Shown here: positions 1 through 14,562 of the stretch, piece by piece
Layout: each line of letters opens with the position of its first letter
How positions within the stretch are numbered: the stretch's first letter is position 1
From: Nitrosopumilaceae archaeon
GTDB lineage: Archaea > Thermoproteota > Nitrososphaeria > Nitrososphaerales > Nitrosopumilaceae
Reading direction: 5' to 3'
Assembly: GCA_965207375.1 (NCBI GenBank)
Contig: CBDBMG010000002.1
Coordinates: forward strand, 352,001-416,000
DNA: 64,000 nucleotides
The notes under the pieces: model-generated
What the model was told of the DNA's origin: nothing
Databases searched by the model: none
Seen by the model: only the letters and a program-made list of their open reading frames with translations
Position numbers and translations under genes: made by a program

Positions 1-142
1 AAGGAGTGGAGCTATTTAATCACGTGGTTTCCTGTCGCTGCTGATGAGTTTAGTACCGTGCTGAATATGGAGGTGATATAATTCACTAGCTGAAGTCCTC
101 GCAAGTTAGACTATAAAAGTCTGGATAGGAAATGACTGTAGA

Positions 143-1468
143 ATGCTAGCGACATCGGTGGATAACTCGCGAGGATTGCACCCAGCGCATCTTCATATGC
201 TGCATCGCGAAAACCTGCGACAACTCTACCAAAACTACGAAGGAAAATGGCAATGTGATTGTTGCAAAAACAATTACGATGCCTTCAAGAATTCCGAGCA
301 AAATGCTTATCATTGTAACCAGTGTTACTATGACCTCTGCTTGCAATGTTGGTATGGAAATTATCACCCATTCCACCATCACCGATTAAAGCCCGCCAAG
401 GCAGAAATCTTGTATCCAAGTACAGGGGGTTGTTGATTTTGTAATTCTTGCCATCGGAGCTTTCATGAACTATCTGGTTCAAGTTGCTACAGCTGTGAAT
501 CATGCGTTGATATAGATTTGTGTGACAGATGTTTTAATGGTGACTGGATTCATCCGCTACATCCAGGACGAGGACATCGGCTGAAACCAGTGGACCCTCA
601 AATTGTTTACCGTGGCTATTCCAGTTGGTGTTGCAGTATTTGTGAAGAGGAGAAGGACAACAGTGACAAAACATCTTTTATTTTGTTTCATTGCACAAAT
701 CCATCCTGTGATTTTGATATGTGCTTTCGTTGTTTCCAGGGGGAGAAACATCACTTACACCAACATCCATTAGTGAAGGTTAGCAGTAATTGGAATCAGG
801 AGCATAAGCAGTGTCAGAATTGTGCAGGCCAGCTGTTAGGAATTGGCAGCGTGTACAGATGTTTTGATACTTCGTGCAGTTACATTCTGTGCTCTAATTG
901 TTTTCAGCAGAAACCTCAGCCCCACCCGCTTCACTATGAACACACCCTTGAATGCAGCATATCTTTAAACGTATACCCAAGGACAAAGGGATCTTGGATG
1001 TGTTCAAATTGTCAAAGCTCAAAGATCGAATCCGATGCACTATTTCACTGTCGGCTTTGCTCCTATAGCATTTGTCACTCGTGCTACCAGCGGCATAACA
1101 TTACACAGAGCAGCAGACATCTGGACACACTATTCATAAGGCCAGAAGGCTATCATTTACCTAACAACCTGCCACTTTCATTTCCAACTGTCCCGGTGAT
1201 GACAAAATCTGTTTATCCATCCATGTTCCCAGTGATCAGTAAATCAGCTAATAGCATGAGATCTGCTAATGGTTACTCAGTACAACAGACACCAATGGAA
1301 TGCATTGAGTGCAGGATACGACCAGCTCAAGTGACCTTTGTACACAACGGTATGCCTCACCAAATGCCTATTTGTTGCAAGCAGTGTGCACAGCTAGTCC
1401 AACAGAGAGGACAGCAGTGCCCCCTATGTAATCAACCATTTGAAAGAGCTCTAGACAATGGAAACTGA
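143..1468 (+). CDS. Intronless multi zinc-finger (ZZ/DC1-like Cys-His repeats) protein with C-terminal MDM2-type RING; in-frame TGA at 434-436 (possible nonsense allele or pseudogene)
   Basis: ORFs 143..436 and 518..1468 are in the same frame and joined by open sequence (*FCNSCHRSF...CESCVDIDLCDRC). Repeats follow HxH-L...WxCxxC...CxxC-YDLC-xxC. C-terminal CIECRIRP..VHNGMPHQ..CKQCA..CPLC matches the C2H2C4 RING pattern of MDM2. Confidence 0.75.
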
Positions 1469-1863
1469 AGAGAAGATACAGAAAAATTAATTGTATTTAG
1501 TAGCTAGCTGGCTAACTTATATTTGTTCTTGTATTAGGTGATTTTGTGCATGAGTGGTTACTATTTGGTCTATGTAGGATTTTATTTGATTGTTAAGCTG
1601 GCTAAATCATATATGCATAGCTATATTAGCTTCCTACCTGATCTGTCGTTTTCCAGATTATGAAGTTTAGTTATCAATTCCTTCAGTAACATCTGTACAT
1701 TGGTATGGCTCACATGAGCTCCCTGTACCAACACTTAGATCGTCTATAGACAATAAGAGCATGTCATAAATGAAAACATGTTGAATGGGAGCAAAGAAAA
1801 TACAAAACACTATATTCTAGTGATGCATGTGCCAATTATGAGATTAAGCCTACTGATACCGGT

Positions 1864-1925
1864 AGAAACATTGTTATATTGCATGTACACATAATTATGT
1901 GTACATGCAATATAACAATGTTTCT
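1864..1925. repeat. Perfect 62-bp spacerless palindrome
   Basis: AGAAACATTGTTATATTGCATGTACACATAA|TTATGTGTACATGCAATATAACAATGTTTCT. Confidence 0.9.
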
Positions 1926-3322
1926 GATTTGCTTACAGTCTGTTGCAACTGCCGTAGCCATTAGCTAGCTACTGACATTTTAGATTAACCAAATTTACCT
2001 ATCAACATGCAGTGCATGTATCCACGTCTGAATTAGCTCCAGTTGCATATTATAGCTAGCTAGCTATATATAGTTATAGCATTACCTTGGCTCTAGCACT
2101 ATGTGCTAATACTGTGATGTATAGATTTGGCACAATAGTCCGACCCCCTACAGTCAATGTGAACTGTTGATCAGCACAAACGATGCTTAATATTATTCAA
2201 CAACATTAAAGCCATAGTTAAGTGCATATCATAGCAACACAAATAAGCTAGGTGCAAAATACCAGAATGTTGTTATTAGTAACAAAGCTATAGTTATAGC
2301 AAGTTTTGGTTTTTAATATAGCTATTTTTATTATGTTTACAGTTATATCTAGCTAGCTCTAAAAATGGATTGCTAATCATGCACACTGCATGTATATAGC
2401 TATAGTGTTGTGTGGTAATTATGTGCACTTCATTACTAGTATAGCTATACTATCATTGATTAGCTAACCAAAACAAAATTGATGGATTTTTTAATTTGCT
2501 GATATCAAGCCACACATTAATGGATAGCTATCAACAGTTTAAAATTTTCACTGAATAAATTCAAATCTGTAATGGCTAGCTACATTGCTAGCTATACATT
2601 AAGCTATACAGCTTTTATAGCAGCTATTTTATTCACCAAATTTTATATCATGATATTATGGTTGAGTGTAGCTACAACTACACACCCCTCCCAAAGCCTA
2701 TTAACAACGTTGTGCAAACCTTTAGCTAAAAACCAGCTAATAGCATAAGGTGCAGCTATGTATAACTATCAAATGCACAGCCCTAATTTAATTGTCTGGG
2801 ACTTAGCATCTTACAGCTATGAGGTATAGCTATACAGTTGAGTAATTTGCATAGGCTGTAAGCATATGATGTTTAGCTACATATATTCACATCAAGTTCT
2901 TCTGTTTAACATCGTGAGACCATATAACCACATTCATTTAGTCTCAACAGATTATATATAGCTATAGAGCATTTATACCAAGTCTTGCCCAATATAGCAG
3001 TATATAGCTTAATAAATTATTATTTATTTATTTATTATTTATTATAATTAATTGGTAAATATGGGAAGATGAATGTCTTATGTGACCAGATTTACAAACC
3101 AGTCCAAATTTCTCCACCCATTGATTGCTATACCAATATACCACACCCCTTAACTAGTTTACCAACATCATGCACAACTATATAGTAACACTAAACCTTA
3201 CAAGAAGCCATACATACATGAACCATTTGGAGCCACCTTAATGCCAAAATTAATTTTAGGCTAGCTATAACATGAAATTTGATCAAAGGTTATAAATAGC
3301 TATACCAGCTAGCCATATAGCT

Positions 3323-3604
3323 ATAGCTACCAACAGTATATAGCTAGCTATTATAAAGCTACAACTAGCTAGCTAGCTAGCTGTATAGCTACAGCCGTTG
3401 AAATCACACCCTAGGCTACCAGTACTTAGTCTAACCTATGGTCACAATGTTGGCAATGGCGCATAGCTACCAACAGTATATAGCTAGCTATTATAAAGCT
3501 ACAACTAGCTAGCTAGCTAGCTGTATAGCTACAGCCGTTGAAATCACACCCTAGGCTACCAGTACTTAGTCTAACCTATGGTCACAATGTTGGCAATGGC
3601 GCAT
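3323..3604. repeat. Perfect 140-bp tandem duplication
   Basis: atagctaccaacag...ggcaatggcgc occurs at 3323 and again at 3463. Confidence 0.9.
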
Positions 3605-4777
3605 TTCATGGCTGAGCTGTCTGCTTGTGCAGCTACAAAGCTGTACATCATTTTATACATGTATTTGTTGATAGACAGATCAATTACAGGCACAGAGTTC
3701 CACATACAATCTATAATAATCCTATTAAAATATGAGTGCTGATGTAGAGAAGAAATAGTTCCAAGCTTAAGTTTATGCAGTCTGATACCACAATCAGCAA
3801 AAATGTATACAGTGCATGGAACCTGCCTGCCTATTAGTACATAAACTTACCTGGATCAGGACACCTTGATAACCAAGATACTTTTGGTTAGTCCCAGGGT
3901 GTCCGTATTACACAGGTTCCACTGCAACTAGCTATATATAGCTATGTTTCTAATATTAAAATGCAGCTATACATAAGAGGTAACATGTGAAGCTATACTC
4001 TAGTATAATTCCTGCATTATAGCTACACTATGGTGGGATTTCCAAGTTATTGTGACAAATTAAAGTTGCTACCACAGCAAAACATTTTTAAACGTGGGTT
4101 GATGTGTAATGTACCAAGACAGTATATATTAGTTTAGTGTGGGCAAGAGTGATTCACCTGATATGTGATGATTGTTCTATTAGAGCATTTGACTTGTTAA
4201 CTTATTATTATCAGAGCATCATAGATTGCTTGATATGAAGGTTTCTCTATATATATAGCTATATATATATATATATATATATATATTAGTGATTGCACTA
4301 GTCATCAATGACACATGTGCATAATGTAGCTACATAGCTATAGCTTATTGTTTTGTATTATTTTGTTATCTGAACAGCTAGCTACCAATCACATATTCAA
4401 ATGTTGGATTAATCAAATTCCATAGTATTAATTTTGTAACAGATTTGATACTTTAAAATTCATGGCCAGGCTAATCAATGCAGCTGGCTAACCATAGCTA
4501 CATTATTGTTAATTACAATTAATTTTATTATGTTTCAGATCCACTGCCCACATTGTTCTGCTTCATGCCTATTGCATCATTTCATCAATTCTGCACAAAA
4601 GCTATACTAGTTCACTATTAATAAAGATTGTAATGAATAATGAGACACCTGCACACATAGTTACAGGGTAACTTCCTAATCTGAAATAATTATATAATTC
4701 GCATAGCAAAGTGACCTTATAGCTATACCTGCATGGTCTCAAATTTATGTATTAGCTACCATCCCTCTGGTATTAAG

Positions 4778-5128
4778 TAGTGATGTACTGATGATTGGTT
4801 CAACTATCAGAAATTGGTTTATCAGCCTTAAAATTATAATATTATCAGTATTGGTTTTTATGTAGCAGATATTTTGGAATTATTGATGATAATATAAAAG
4901 GAGATGGTATCTTTATAGTGATAAAATATTGGCAATTTTGGTCTTAAAAGGCAGGTGGAACAATTAGGGATGGTGCTCATATATATATTTAAATAGCACG
5001 ATGATGCCTACTGTTAGCAGATTAGGAAGTTGGGTTGATATCGGATTGGCTATCGGTATCGGCCTATATAGGAAAAGCAATATTGGTTAATTGGAATATT
5101 GGCAAAATCTCATATCAGTGCATCACTA
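4778..5128. mobile_element. hAT-type MITE
   Basis: TIR TAGTGATG(T/C)ACTGAT / ATCAGTGCATCACTA; perfect 8-bp TSD GTATTAAG at 4770-4777 and 5129-5136. Confidence 0.8.
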
Positions 5129-5739
5129 GTATTAAGGGCTTTGTTTTAACTGTACTGATTTTAATGAACGGCCATGATGTAGTAACAGATTATAATTATA
5201 ACATATATTTTAACTAGCTATACCCATATATGCATATACAGGAGGTGTACAGCTAATAGATGACTTGATTCAGTAAATTATACCTTTCTCGAACTTTATT
5301 AAAGCCACACAAGTTATAAAAACAGATGTGTAGTACATGTTATGTAGCCCATAGCTATAGCTAGCTACAATTACATACAGTGTATTACATATATATATAC
5401 ACACACACTATTATACTGTATTACTGTATTACATACAGTGTTGTGAGCTAGCTAGTTAGCTATACGTAGCTAACTAGCTATACAGTATAGCTAGCTGGCT
5501 ACATGTATCAATATAGTGAGGCATTAGTTGCACACTTAAGTGGCTGAATGGATTATTTTCACTTTATCACAGTATAACTAACTGAATCATTAACTATTGC
5601 TAAATAAAATACCTATAGCTAGCTACAGCTATAGCTTTAGCCTTTTGCTATATTAATAATTTTATAGTTATGTAGCTATATAGCTATGTATTATATATAT
5701 ATTTTTGATTTTGTACTGTTAGCTACTACATATAGTTAT

Positions 5740-6270
5740 ATAATTTTCTGTTAATTCATATACCCATGCACTTAATGCAGCTACTTCCTTTAATTTCTCT
5801 TTAAGTCACCTTATTAAAATTAGCTATAGGATCATGCATATAGCTACTATAGCTAGCTCTCAGCTGACCTGGAAATGGGATGTTACAAAAGTGTAAATAT
5901 GTCACAATGTGGCACTCAAGTTATTAACATAAATGGAATAACAAGCTTATATCTATTTTCTTGATCATCTTTATAAAATAACATCTCTTGCCTGCAATAA
6001 AGAAATTTTGTATAGAAATAACACATGTAGCTTCATAAATAATAGTAGAAATATTAATAAGCATTAGCTACACTGTCTATATGGTCCATCAGTACAAACT
6101 ATTTTTATGAATATTGCAAATAAACCTGCACAATTGATCATAGCTATAGTGCATGGTTGCTGTGCAACTGCAAGAACACTCCTTAGGGTTATTATTAAAT
6201 TTTCAGTGGCTCAGCAGCTTGCAAAATTGTCCCTCCAGTAGCTAACATCCGTTCTTTAGGACTGATAGCT
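5740..6270 (-). pseudogene. Decayed paralog fragment of the downstream sulfotransferase (3' half)
   Basis: Colinear nucleotide similarity to 7960-8520, e.g. ttacaaaa-gtgtaaat, aaatggaataacaagctta, acatctc, ggtccatca, aaattgtccctc; no open frame. Confidence 0.7.
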
Positions 6271-6852
6271 ATAACATTGCTATAGCTATAGTTACCTTTG
6301 GAGAAATTCATAAAAGCTCAGCTCAGGTTTATGTCTGTCAAACCAATGCAGTCACCAGCTAACTATAGCTACACAGTGATTCATTATAATAGCTATAGCT
6401 AGCCACATGCAACGTATAGCTAGCTGTTACAGATTACAGCTATATATAATGCAAAATTAAACATGGCAAAATTGTAGATTAGTGGGAGAGAAAATTGTGG
6501 CAAATTCATGGACAGTTATTAAATTCACATCGTTTCATCAAAGCTTGTGCTGTAGTTGCAAATAGGTATAGCAACATACAGTTAATTGTCACATTATGGC
6601 TATATAATGAGATCTAGACTGCTTTATATGAATTATGATAGTTGGGTATACGTAGCTAGCTAGTTCATTACAAAGTTAGCTACATAGCTATATTCATGTA
6701 TGTCACCATGGTTACAGATGCTGTCATTCAATTTAGCTTATGTAATCCCAAAAATTAGACAATCTGTAGCTAGCTATAGAACAAAAATAATATAGGAAGT
6801 TCACCAGACCCTTTTATCCCAGCCTGAATATAAAACACATGGATTGTAATAA

Positions 6853-6990
<138 letters not shown>

Positions 6991-7962
6991 AATGATTCTT
7001 GAACAAAAAGGAAGACTATAGTGCACATAGAGCAATTTCATGATACACTTTTATAGCTAAATATTATCAAGTCTTGTTATAGCAGCTAGCTGAGTAAGAG
7101 GTACGTACGTAGCTATAGCTAGCTAGCAAGCTAGCTGCATGCCTACAACCACTAATACACACAAGATTAGCTACTTACCATAAGTAGCTATAGCTACCTC
7201 GTAAAGTGCAAAAGTTTGACAGGGAAACTTCGACAAATGGACCATACACAAAACTTTGATGAGCAAAACTTTATACGAATTGATTGTGGGTTTCAAAGGG
7301 GAAACATTACGAGAAGGTTGGTAGGAAAAAATTTGATGAATCACTGCATGACCATTCGTCAAAGTTTCTATAGGACTGACTCAGGCAGTTTTAGTGTGCC
7401 AAATGCACATGGCTACGTATAGCTAGAGTAATGCATTGCCAAATATGTATCTTATTATGTATGCTCATGTATGCATTCAATATAGGTAGCTAGCTAGATA
7501 CTGTAGCTACATAATTTTTGTTAGTGACAACAGGATCAAAGAAATTAGCAAAGCGAATATTTCACACACTATTGAACAACAAATACAAACAATTAACACT
7601 GGAACACATACATGTGAAAAATGTAACTAAAAATTAGACAGTCAAACTATATGTTTATATAGCCAACTGCTCGTAAACTAAATTTATCATTATTAACATG
7701 AGACTATCTATTATCACATATTAACAATCATTTGCACACATATTTAAAAAGTTCATTATCACTCATGGACACCCCTAGGTAATTGTACACATCACAGAGA
7801 AATTTAAGCTACATAGATAGTTCATTGTATATAGCTGTAAAAGTATAGTGAAGATCAAGCTTAGACAGTTATATATAGCTATGTACATTCAACCTGTGTT
7901 GTTGTTAGTTCACTGTGTATATAGAAAGCATGTAGTTGCATAATGACTAATTGAATTTCCTT

Positions 7963-9320
7963 TCAGTTTTCAAGCTGATTTATCCATGCAATGTAATCTG
8001 TAAGACACTCTGTTAATTGCTCTTCATCTACACCTAAACTGTCTAAACTTCTGTTAAAGTTAGGATGATAGTTAGTCTTAAGTTTCACACGATTGTGTGA
8101 TGTTCTTTGCAGCTTGATAGCCTTGGATACCACATGATCTGGTATTGGAATATTACAAAATGTGTAAATGTTTTTTTAGTGTCGTACTTAAGTCATTAAC
8201 AAAAGGGTAAATGGAATAACAAGCTTATTTTCTTGATTGTCTTTGTAAAATGACATCTCCTGTTCACAATAAGAAATTTGTGTAGAGATAATATAGTCAC
8301 GAATTACCTTCCAAGAAGTTGGGAATAAACCGAACACTCTGGCATGAGGTCCATCAATCACAACAACCCTTATTAAATTAACAAAGCTGCGAAATCGATC
8401 AAGTGGTTGTCGTGTAACGGTAAAAAATTTGGCATCAGGATACTGTTGCTGCAATGATTTGGCGGCAATCAAAAAATGTCCCTCAAGAAACACATGCTGC
8501 TTAGGATTTCCACAATAGTACATTACTTTCTTTACAACGCGATCTGTAAACAACATGAAGGTTTTGTAGTAGAACTCTTCATCTATTGGTTCATGTGCCA
8601 GTTTAGCATATGAATAACCCCATTTCATAAACGAGTAACCAAAACACCAAGAAAGAAAACAAAAATGCCATGATTGTATTGTACCACACCAACTATCACT
8701 TTTGAAAAATTTGAATTCATGGTGCTTTTTAACCTCTACACCGATTGGAATAATCTTATCCTCTAATTGCTTCTGTTTAAGTCCACAGTTTATAAATATA
8801 GGTATAAGCAATTTCCATGCCCAAATATAAGGTATCATTCCTTCTGGTACTGTTGGAACGATGAAATTCTCCTTGTCATCCTCTATGTAATGGCCTAGCT
8901 GAGTTGAGCCACTACGAGGAGCCGTTATGAAAAATACTGGCTCTTTAATTTCCACTTTATGATAGTTGGGATACAGAAGTTCATCCAAAAACCAACACAC
9001 TCCATTAATCGGTACTTTAACTAAGAAGTTGAATAGTATCAAAAAAAATTTTACTCTGCAAATGGAACACTGTCCTCTGGCTTTCCTTCAGTAAACACAG
9101 CTGTGAAATACCTACATATCCTGGACCATAGTGGTACTGTAGGGGGTACTCCCCAAACAAGGAGTCCCAGCAGAAAAAACGGGAGGCAAGTAGCTGATGC
9201 AATAAGCCAGAGTGTTGTGTTGAAGCACAAGAAAACAATCCTGACTAGATGAGACGAAAGCTTCGTTCGTCGATACGTATACTCATCTGATATTTTGTTC
9301 CATCTTATTAAATTGTCCAT
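7963..9320 (-). pseudogene. Intronless P-loop sulfotransferase (Sulfotransfer_3-like) with N-terminal TM segment; three frameshifts
   Basis: 5'-PSB motif PVFFITAPRSGSTQL and 3'-PB-like YPDAKFFTVTRQPLDRFRS. Frame breaks near 9055, ~8203 (T run) and ~8175 (A7 run). Repaired C-terminus reads VNDLSTTLKNIYTFCNIPIPD...LGVDEEQL...WINQLEN* with stop at 7963-7965. Confidence 0.75.
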
Positions 9321-12300
9321 GATCGCCGCTGAACGCTGTACACTTTGTAAACAATTTCTCCGAAGCTATAATTTACCGCGAAATAAATTTCACGTGGCAA
9401 CTCCGACTCATTTATATACGTCGCTATGGCAAATAATTGTCTTGGTTACACATGGCACGCACATTAGTGCCGGTACTCTTGCTTCAGTCTCAATCTAATA
9501 AACACAGCTATGGCAGTGGCGCCTATAGCTATGCGAATGGGTCTGATCTTCTCAGGCTATCCAGGATGTGGCTAATAGATGTTGCAGTCTATTTCTTAAT
9601 CACACTCATCACCATAATCGTAAACATAGTAACATAGTTAGATACATCCTGAATTTTTGTAGCTTCAACCAGTCATAACTGTGCATGGAGTAAACTGATA
9701 CACCTAAACATCTACACATACTAGCTATATAGTAACCATATGCTCCAAACTAATGCAGGCTCCAACCATGCAAACATGCAAAATTATCATTTAGAGCATT
9801 TTCTTAAACGTTGTCGCATGCATTGTGCTAGCTACACAATGCATGCGACAACATGCAGCAACTATATACATAGCTATATCTGCATGAAGAAGCTATACGT
9901 ACCATCAAAAGTGCAATGTGTATACGTAGCTAATTGATTAAAATACAGCACCGGTCACTTTAGTTATATACAGCATATAGCTATAAGCTTAACTATAGCT
10001 ATTGCAGAATTGTAGTTCAACTGTAATTTTGGCTGGTTTCTTTCACTCGGTAGCTATAGTATACATGTGTATAGCTAGCTATATAGTTTTAAGTAAAAAT
10101 TTGTTTGTTTACATGAAAGGCCACTGGCTATCCCCTGCTATAACTTTCATCATGTAGTTACGTAATTCATAATTATAACATAAAATTAGCTATATGCCAT
10201 TCCTTGCATGTGAAGTAGCTATTCAAAATTATAACATACAATTATATGGCATTCCTTGTGAAGTAGCTAGCTAATTGAATATAGTCTTATAACTAGCTAC
10301 TGCCAGCAATGCTCTGTACCAAATGGAAAATGTGACTACATATATATGCACTGTCTGTTGATACTAAAGCTATTATACCTTGCATGCCTTAAAAATAATT
10401 CACATAGCTAAAGCTATGCCGAAATTGTTATAATGCTCTCTATATATAGACCTATTCCTGACCCATTATACTATCACTTATATGTCCATTTTATGACAGC
10501 CATTTTGGTGGTTATAATTATATAGGCACCTATGGATAGAAGCTTGTGGAAAACAACAACTAGCAAGCTATAACTATAACGAAATTATTTATTTGAAAAT
10601 AGTATTCTGATTTTGGCAATGAAGTACGTAGGTATCAGTTCGTTATGTAGCTTTACAGATTTTTGTGAAATAGCTATCCGTAAAAGGCCACTACCCCCAT
10701 TAAATGTAATAGATATTTGACTAGCTACCAAAAAGGCGGCCATAAAAGACGTAAGTGATACTATAACAGGTCAGGATTAAGGTCTATAGCTATTATCGGG
10801 AACTCTATAACTATAAGTGTTAGCTATACAATCTAACAGCTTTATTTGTAGTACTTTTAACTAAATCACATACTTTATGGTAGTATATTTTATGATAATA
10901 TATAAACACAGCTGTTGTCAATGGTAACTTAACCACGCCAGTATACATACACATTAAATCAGTATGATGACGATAGTTGTGTACCCTGCTGTTGCTTTAT
11001 GAATGATTAAATCATTAATAGACAAAGGTGTTTGGTAACTTGACCTCATTACATGACTACATGTAACTATTTTATTCAGTCTACAGGTAAACAGTAATGA
11101 GACTGTAAGCTGTACTTGTCACTTGATAAGAAGCCATACAACTAGTTACAGGAGGGGTTGTTTGTGTCAACTCAGTAAACTGTAAGTCAACAAGAGAATC
11201 TCCCTCTCAATGCAGCTATATACAGCCAGGTAGCTTTATAGCCATTTCCTTCATGTCATGTAGATATGAATTTAAACAAAAACAACTGCAAGGATATTCC
11301 ATAAAGACAATTTGTATTTGTTTCAATGGAGTTAGACACAGGAATGATGCAATAGTAACCCTTTGCAGTATACTGCAAGAGTGGGTTATTGCATCATCCC
11401 AATGGATATTCATAGGCAATGATTCTAAATGGCAGATACCCACAGTACAATATGGTAGCTAAACTATTGTTTGGACAAAAATAGGCCATCTACGTAATTG
11501 ACGTTCAGTAAACATGCAGGATAGTAGGTAAGAGAACAGAATAAAAATGATCAGCAATAATGGCTGGATCGATTGGCCAGTGTGGATGGAAAATAGCCAA
11601 TGACTGACAGATTGTTATATTGTACTCTGTTACCATGGTTAGCCACCATCCAAAACATTAACAGTTGTTTATTCAACTTCTTTTATCCGAGCAGTGTTGA
11701 ATTGGTCAACTATGTTGTTTATAAAGTTTAAGACACCACAAGCATCAGATGCATAACCTGGGGTTAAAAGAATGCTCCTATGGAATATGATGGTGCAGCA
11801 TCATCATGCAATCATACTTAAATCCCACTACGAGTAGGTTATTATCGTTATTACATGAGTCATAGAATGTGTCATCAGTTATCTATACTAACCACAGGGT
11901 AGACAACTTTAATCTCCTATCGAAGTCTTTGATCTCCCCACGCACTGGGATATAGATATATGAATTAGTTAAAATATTGTCACAAGTGCTATATACATAA
12001 AACAAAGCAAAAGGCGTCCAATCGAAATGATAATAAAGTAGCTACAAGGCAAACACCAAGGCAGTGCTTAACTTTGGTTGTATAACATGCACCAACTCTT
12101 ACTTGTAATACATTTTCTATACCTTACTATGCTATATTGATGCACCAATAGCTACTGATACTATAGCATTGTTATCAGGCCTAATTTAATAGTATCGTTT
12201 AGTTATTAAATTTTGATACTGGTCTCAATATCTGATGATGTCATAAAAGATTGGTTAAAATGATGAGTGTAGTTAGTGATAAATACGTTCTTAGTAAGAC

Positions 12301-13772
12301 TACCATAGTAGTAACAGTAACAACAGCTATAGCTATGGCTTAGTGCTTACCAAGACAAAAGAAATTCGTCTAACAGTTTTAGAGATGAGGTTTAGCAGTG
12401 GCAAATATTTTGACTGCTTTTTGCTTAGGGTTTTCAGATAGGCAAACAAACATAGCCTGCAAAAAATAAACATATAACAATGTGTGTGGGCAGCCAGGGA
12501 GTTAACAGGAAGATATGAAAGCTATTTACCACCAAATAACTCAATATTCGCCCTGTGTAAATTACACTACGTACTTTAGTAAAGTTAAAGATGGCAGCTG
12601 ATATCTACATATTTAAATTTTGAATTTTCAAAGTTTCTGTAAAATTTTAGATAGCTAGCTGGATAATGAAAGCCAAGGTAGAACTATATTAGCTACTTAA
12701 GTAAATTCTGTGATTCTAAATTTATTAAATAAGGTGCAAGGCGTGTTATAATCAATGTGAACTTTTCTGTATTTGTATCATTTAATTGATAATCTTAATT
12801 GCTGACAATAGGACTAACATCCAGCGACTTATTTGATGATTGTGAATATCGTAAATATATAGGAAAAATTCATGTGGTCAGCATGCATGTCAGAATAATT
12901 GTTCCCTGGATGGCTAAAATTATTCACCAAATTACCTAAGTGCCCATAATCATGGAATATTCTTGTTTCTCTTTCAGCTATTATGATTAGTGCATAAACG
13001 AATGTCAGCTTATACGTAACATTCGGAAGTTTGTCTACAACCTTTGAAGCTTCAAATGAATGTTTCTTACACTTACTTTTGTCAAAGATATTTATTCACT
13101 GTTAGTGATAATATGTACATGTACTAAAGTTACCTGAAAAAACTTTCTTCTCCATAAGGCACACATATAATAGTCTTGTGTGGCTAAATTCACCTTTTTG
13201 GCTGCTCACGTAGCAGACAAGGATTGCACAATCACCAATATACTCCACTACGTAGTGAGGTATAAACATTTTGAATGTTGCATTTAACATTTGAAGGTTG
13301 GAACCTTCAAAGGTTTGTTCGAATCCAGTACATTTGTTTATGCACTAATTGTGATACATATGTAGTTAACACTACTAGAATGCATGGCTGTACCATAAAG
13401 TTAACTACTCATCGTGGATCATTGGATTTCTTTTGCAAAGCAAATAATCGAAATAGTCATAGTACTGTAATATAGCTTTGCCAATCCCATATAGGCTGTT
13501 ACAAGCTTGCATGATTGTAGCAAACGTGTGGCAAGCTTGCATTATCCTTTGCAAGGTGCATACAACCTTATGAAAGTTGCATGTACAAGTTGTATAACCT
13601 TGCATGATGGTTGCAAAATTATTGTCAAATAATAAAGCTGTTTCCCACTAGCAGATCTCACAATAAATGACTAGCTATATACGTAGGTAGAGGGTGTGAA
13701 TCATAAAGTGAAGAGAATCATGAAGTAAAGATTGTAAATTGAATCTGCTGTGTGGTGCATCTTTGTAAAGTA

Positions 13773-14562
13773 TGGTACAGCTCGATTTAAACTTCAAGAA
13801 GACTTGTGTGTGCAATGGCATACGCACTACACGAGCAGCAAAAAAACTTGTTCCATATTAGCAAGTGCACTAGAAATTGATGACGTCTAAATTGCTTGCG
13901 GAGAGTAAAACACTTGTTCCGAGTCTAAATGAGCTCGTAATGTGAGTGCATTCATAGATATTATGGGCTACACATACATTTCCAATCCAGTATGCATATT
14001 CTATAATATCTACGGTGTACTTGACATGCGCCATCGAGTTGAGTACATATTTCACCTATGTGCACGTATGTAAGTACGTAGCTACGTATGTAGATACTTT
14101 GTAACTGGCTGGCAATGTTTCCAATTTCTTTAAGGTAAGGTACAACGTGCCCTTCTATTATCTCTGTTTAAGAACAAAAACGTACATCACGTGCACGCAT
14201 GATTCTAATAATTTAATGTGACTAACACATGCTTGTCAGCAGGTGCTTTTATTTGAGCAGTGATAACATATATGAAGATTGACAGAATCAATTGGATTGT
14301 TTTTGTGCTTGCTTTAGCCTTCCCATCTTTAAATTGCTTGCATACACATAATGAACTTACACGGTTCCATTGTCCTACATAGTATGCTCGTGTGGTGCAG
14401 CTTACTTGTTGCTTGTGATGATTACAAAGATTAATGTTTGTGCACTGCACGCGAATTTCTCATGCAGTTGTCTACAGACACGCTAAAAAATACTCGGAAA
14501 GAGTTACAAAATACACGTGTGTTACTCACTTGTGTGCTTAAAGTTTAAATTGAGCTGTACCA
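13773..14562. mobile_element. MITE with GGTACAGCTC termini, TA-flanked (Tc1/mariner/pogo-type)
   Basis: TGGTACAGCTCGATTTAAACTT ... AAGTTTAAATTGAGCTGTACCA, TA on both sides. Confidence 0.7.

Noticed and set aside
434-436. TGA as selenocysteine
   Set aside because: Aligns with Trp, not Cys, in the internal repeats; no SECIS recognised
6183-6191. TTAGGGTTA (template-like TAACCCTAA) as a possible telomerase RNA near TERT
   Set aside because: Only 9 nt, inside a decayed sulfotransferase fragment, with no supporting structure; expected by chance
11200-13350. Exon-like minus-strand fragments downstream of TERT (also 25671-26069, 45200-45450, 56280-56900)
   Set aside because: Stops in the plausible frames and no recognisable motif; cannot be assigned without a database search
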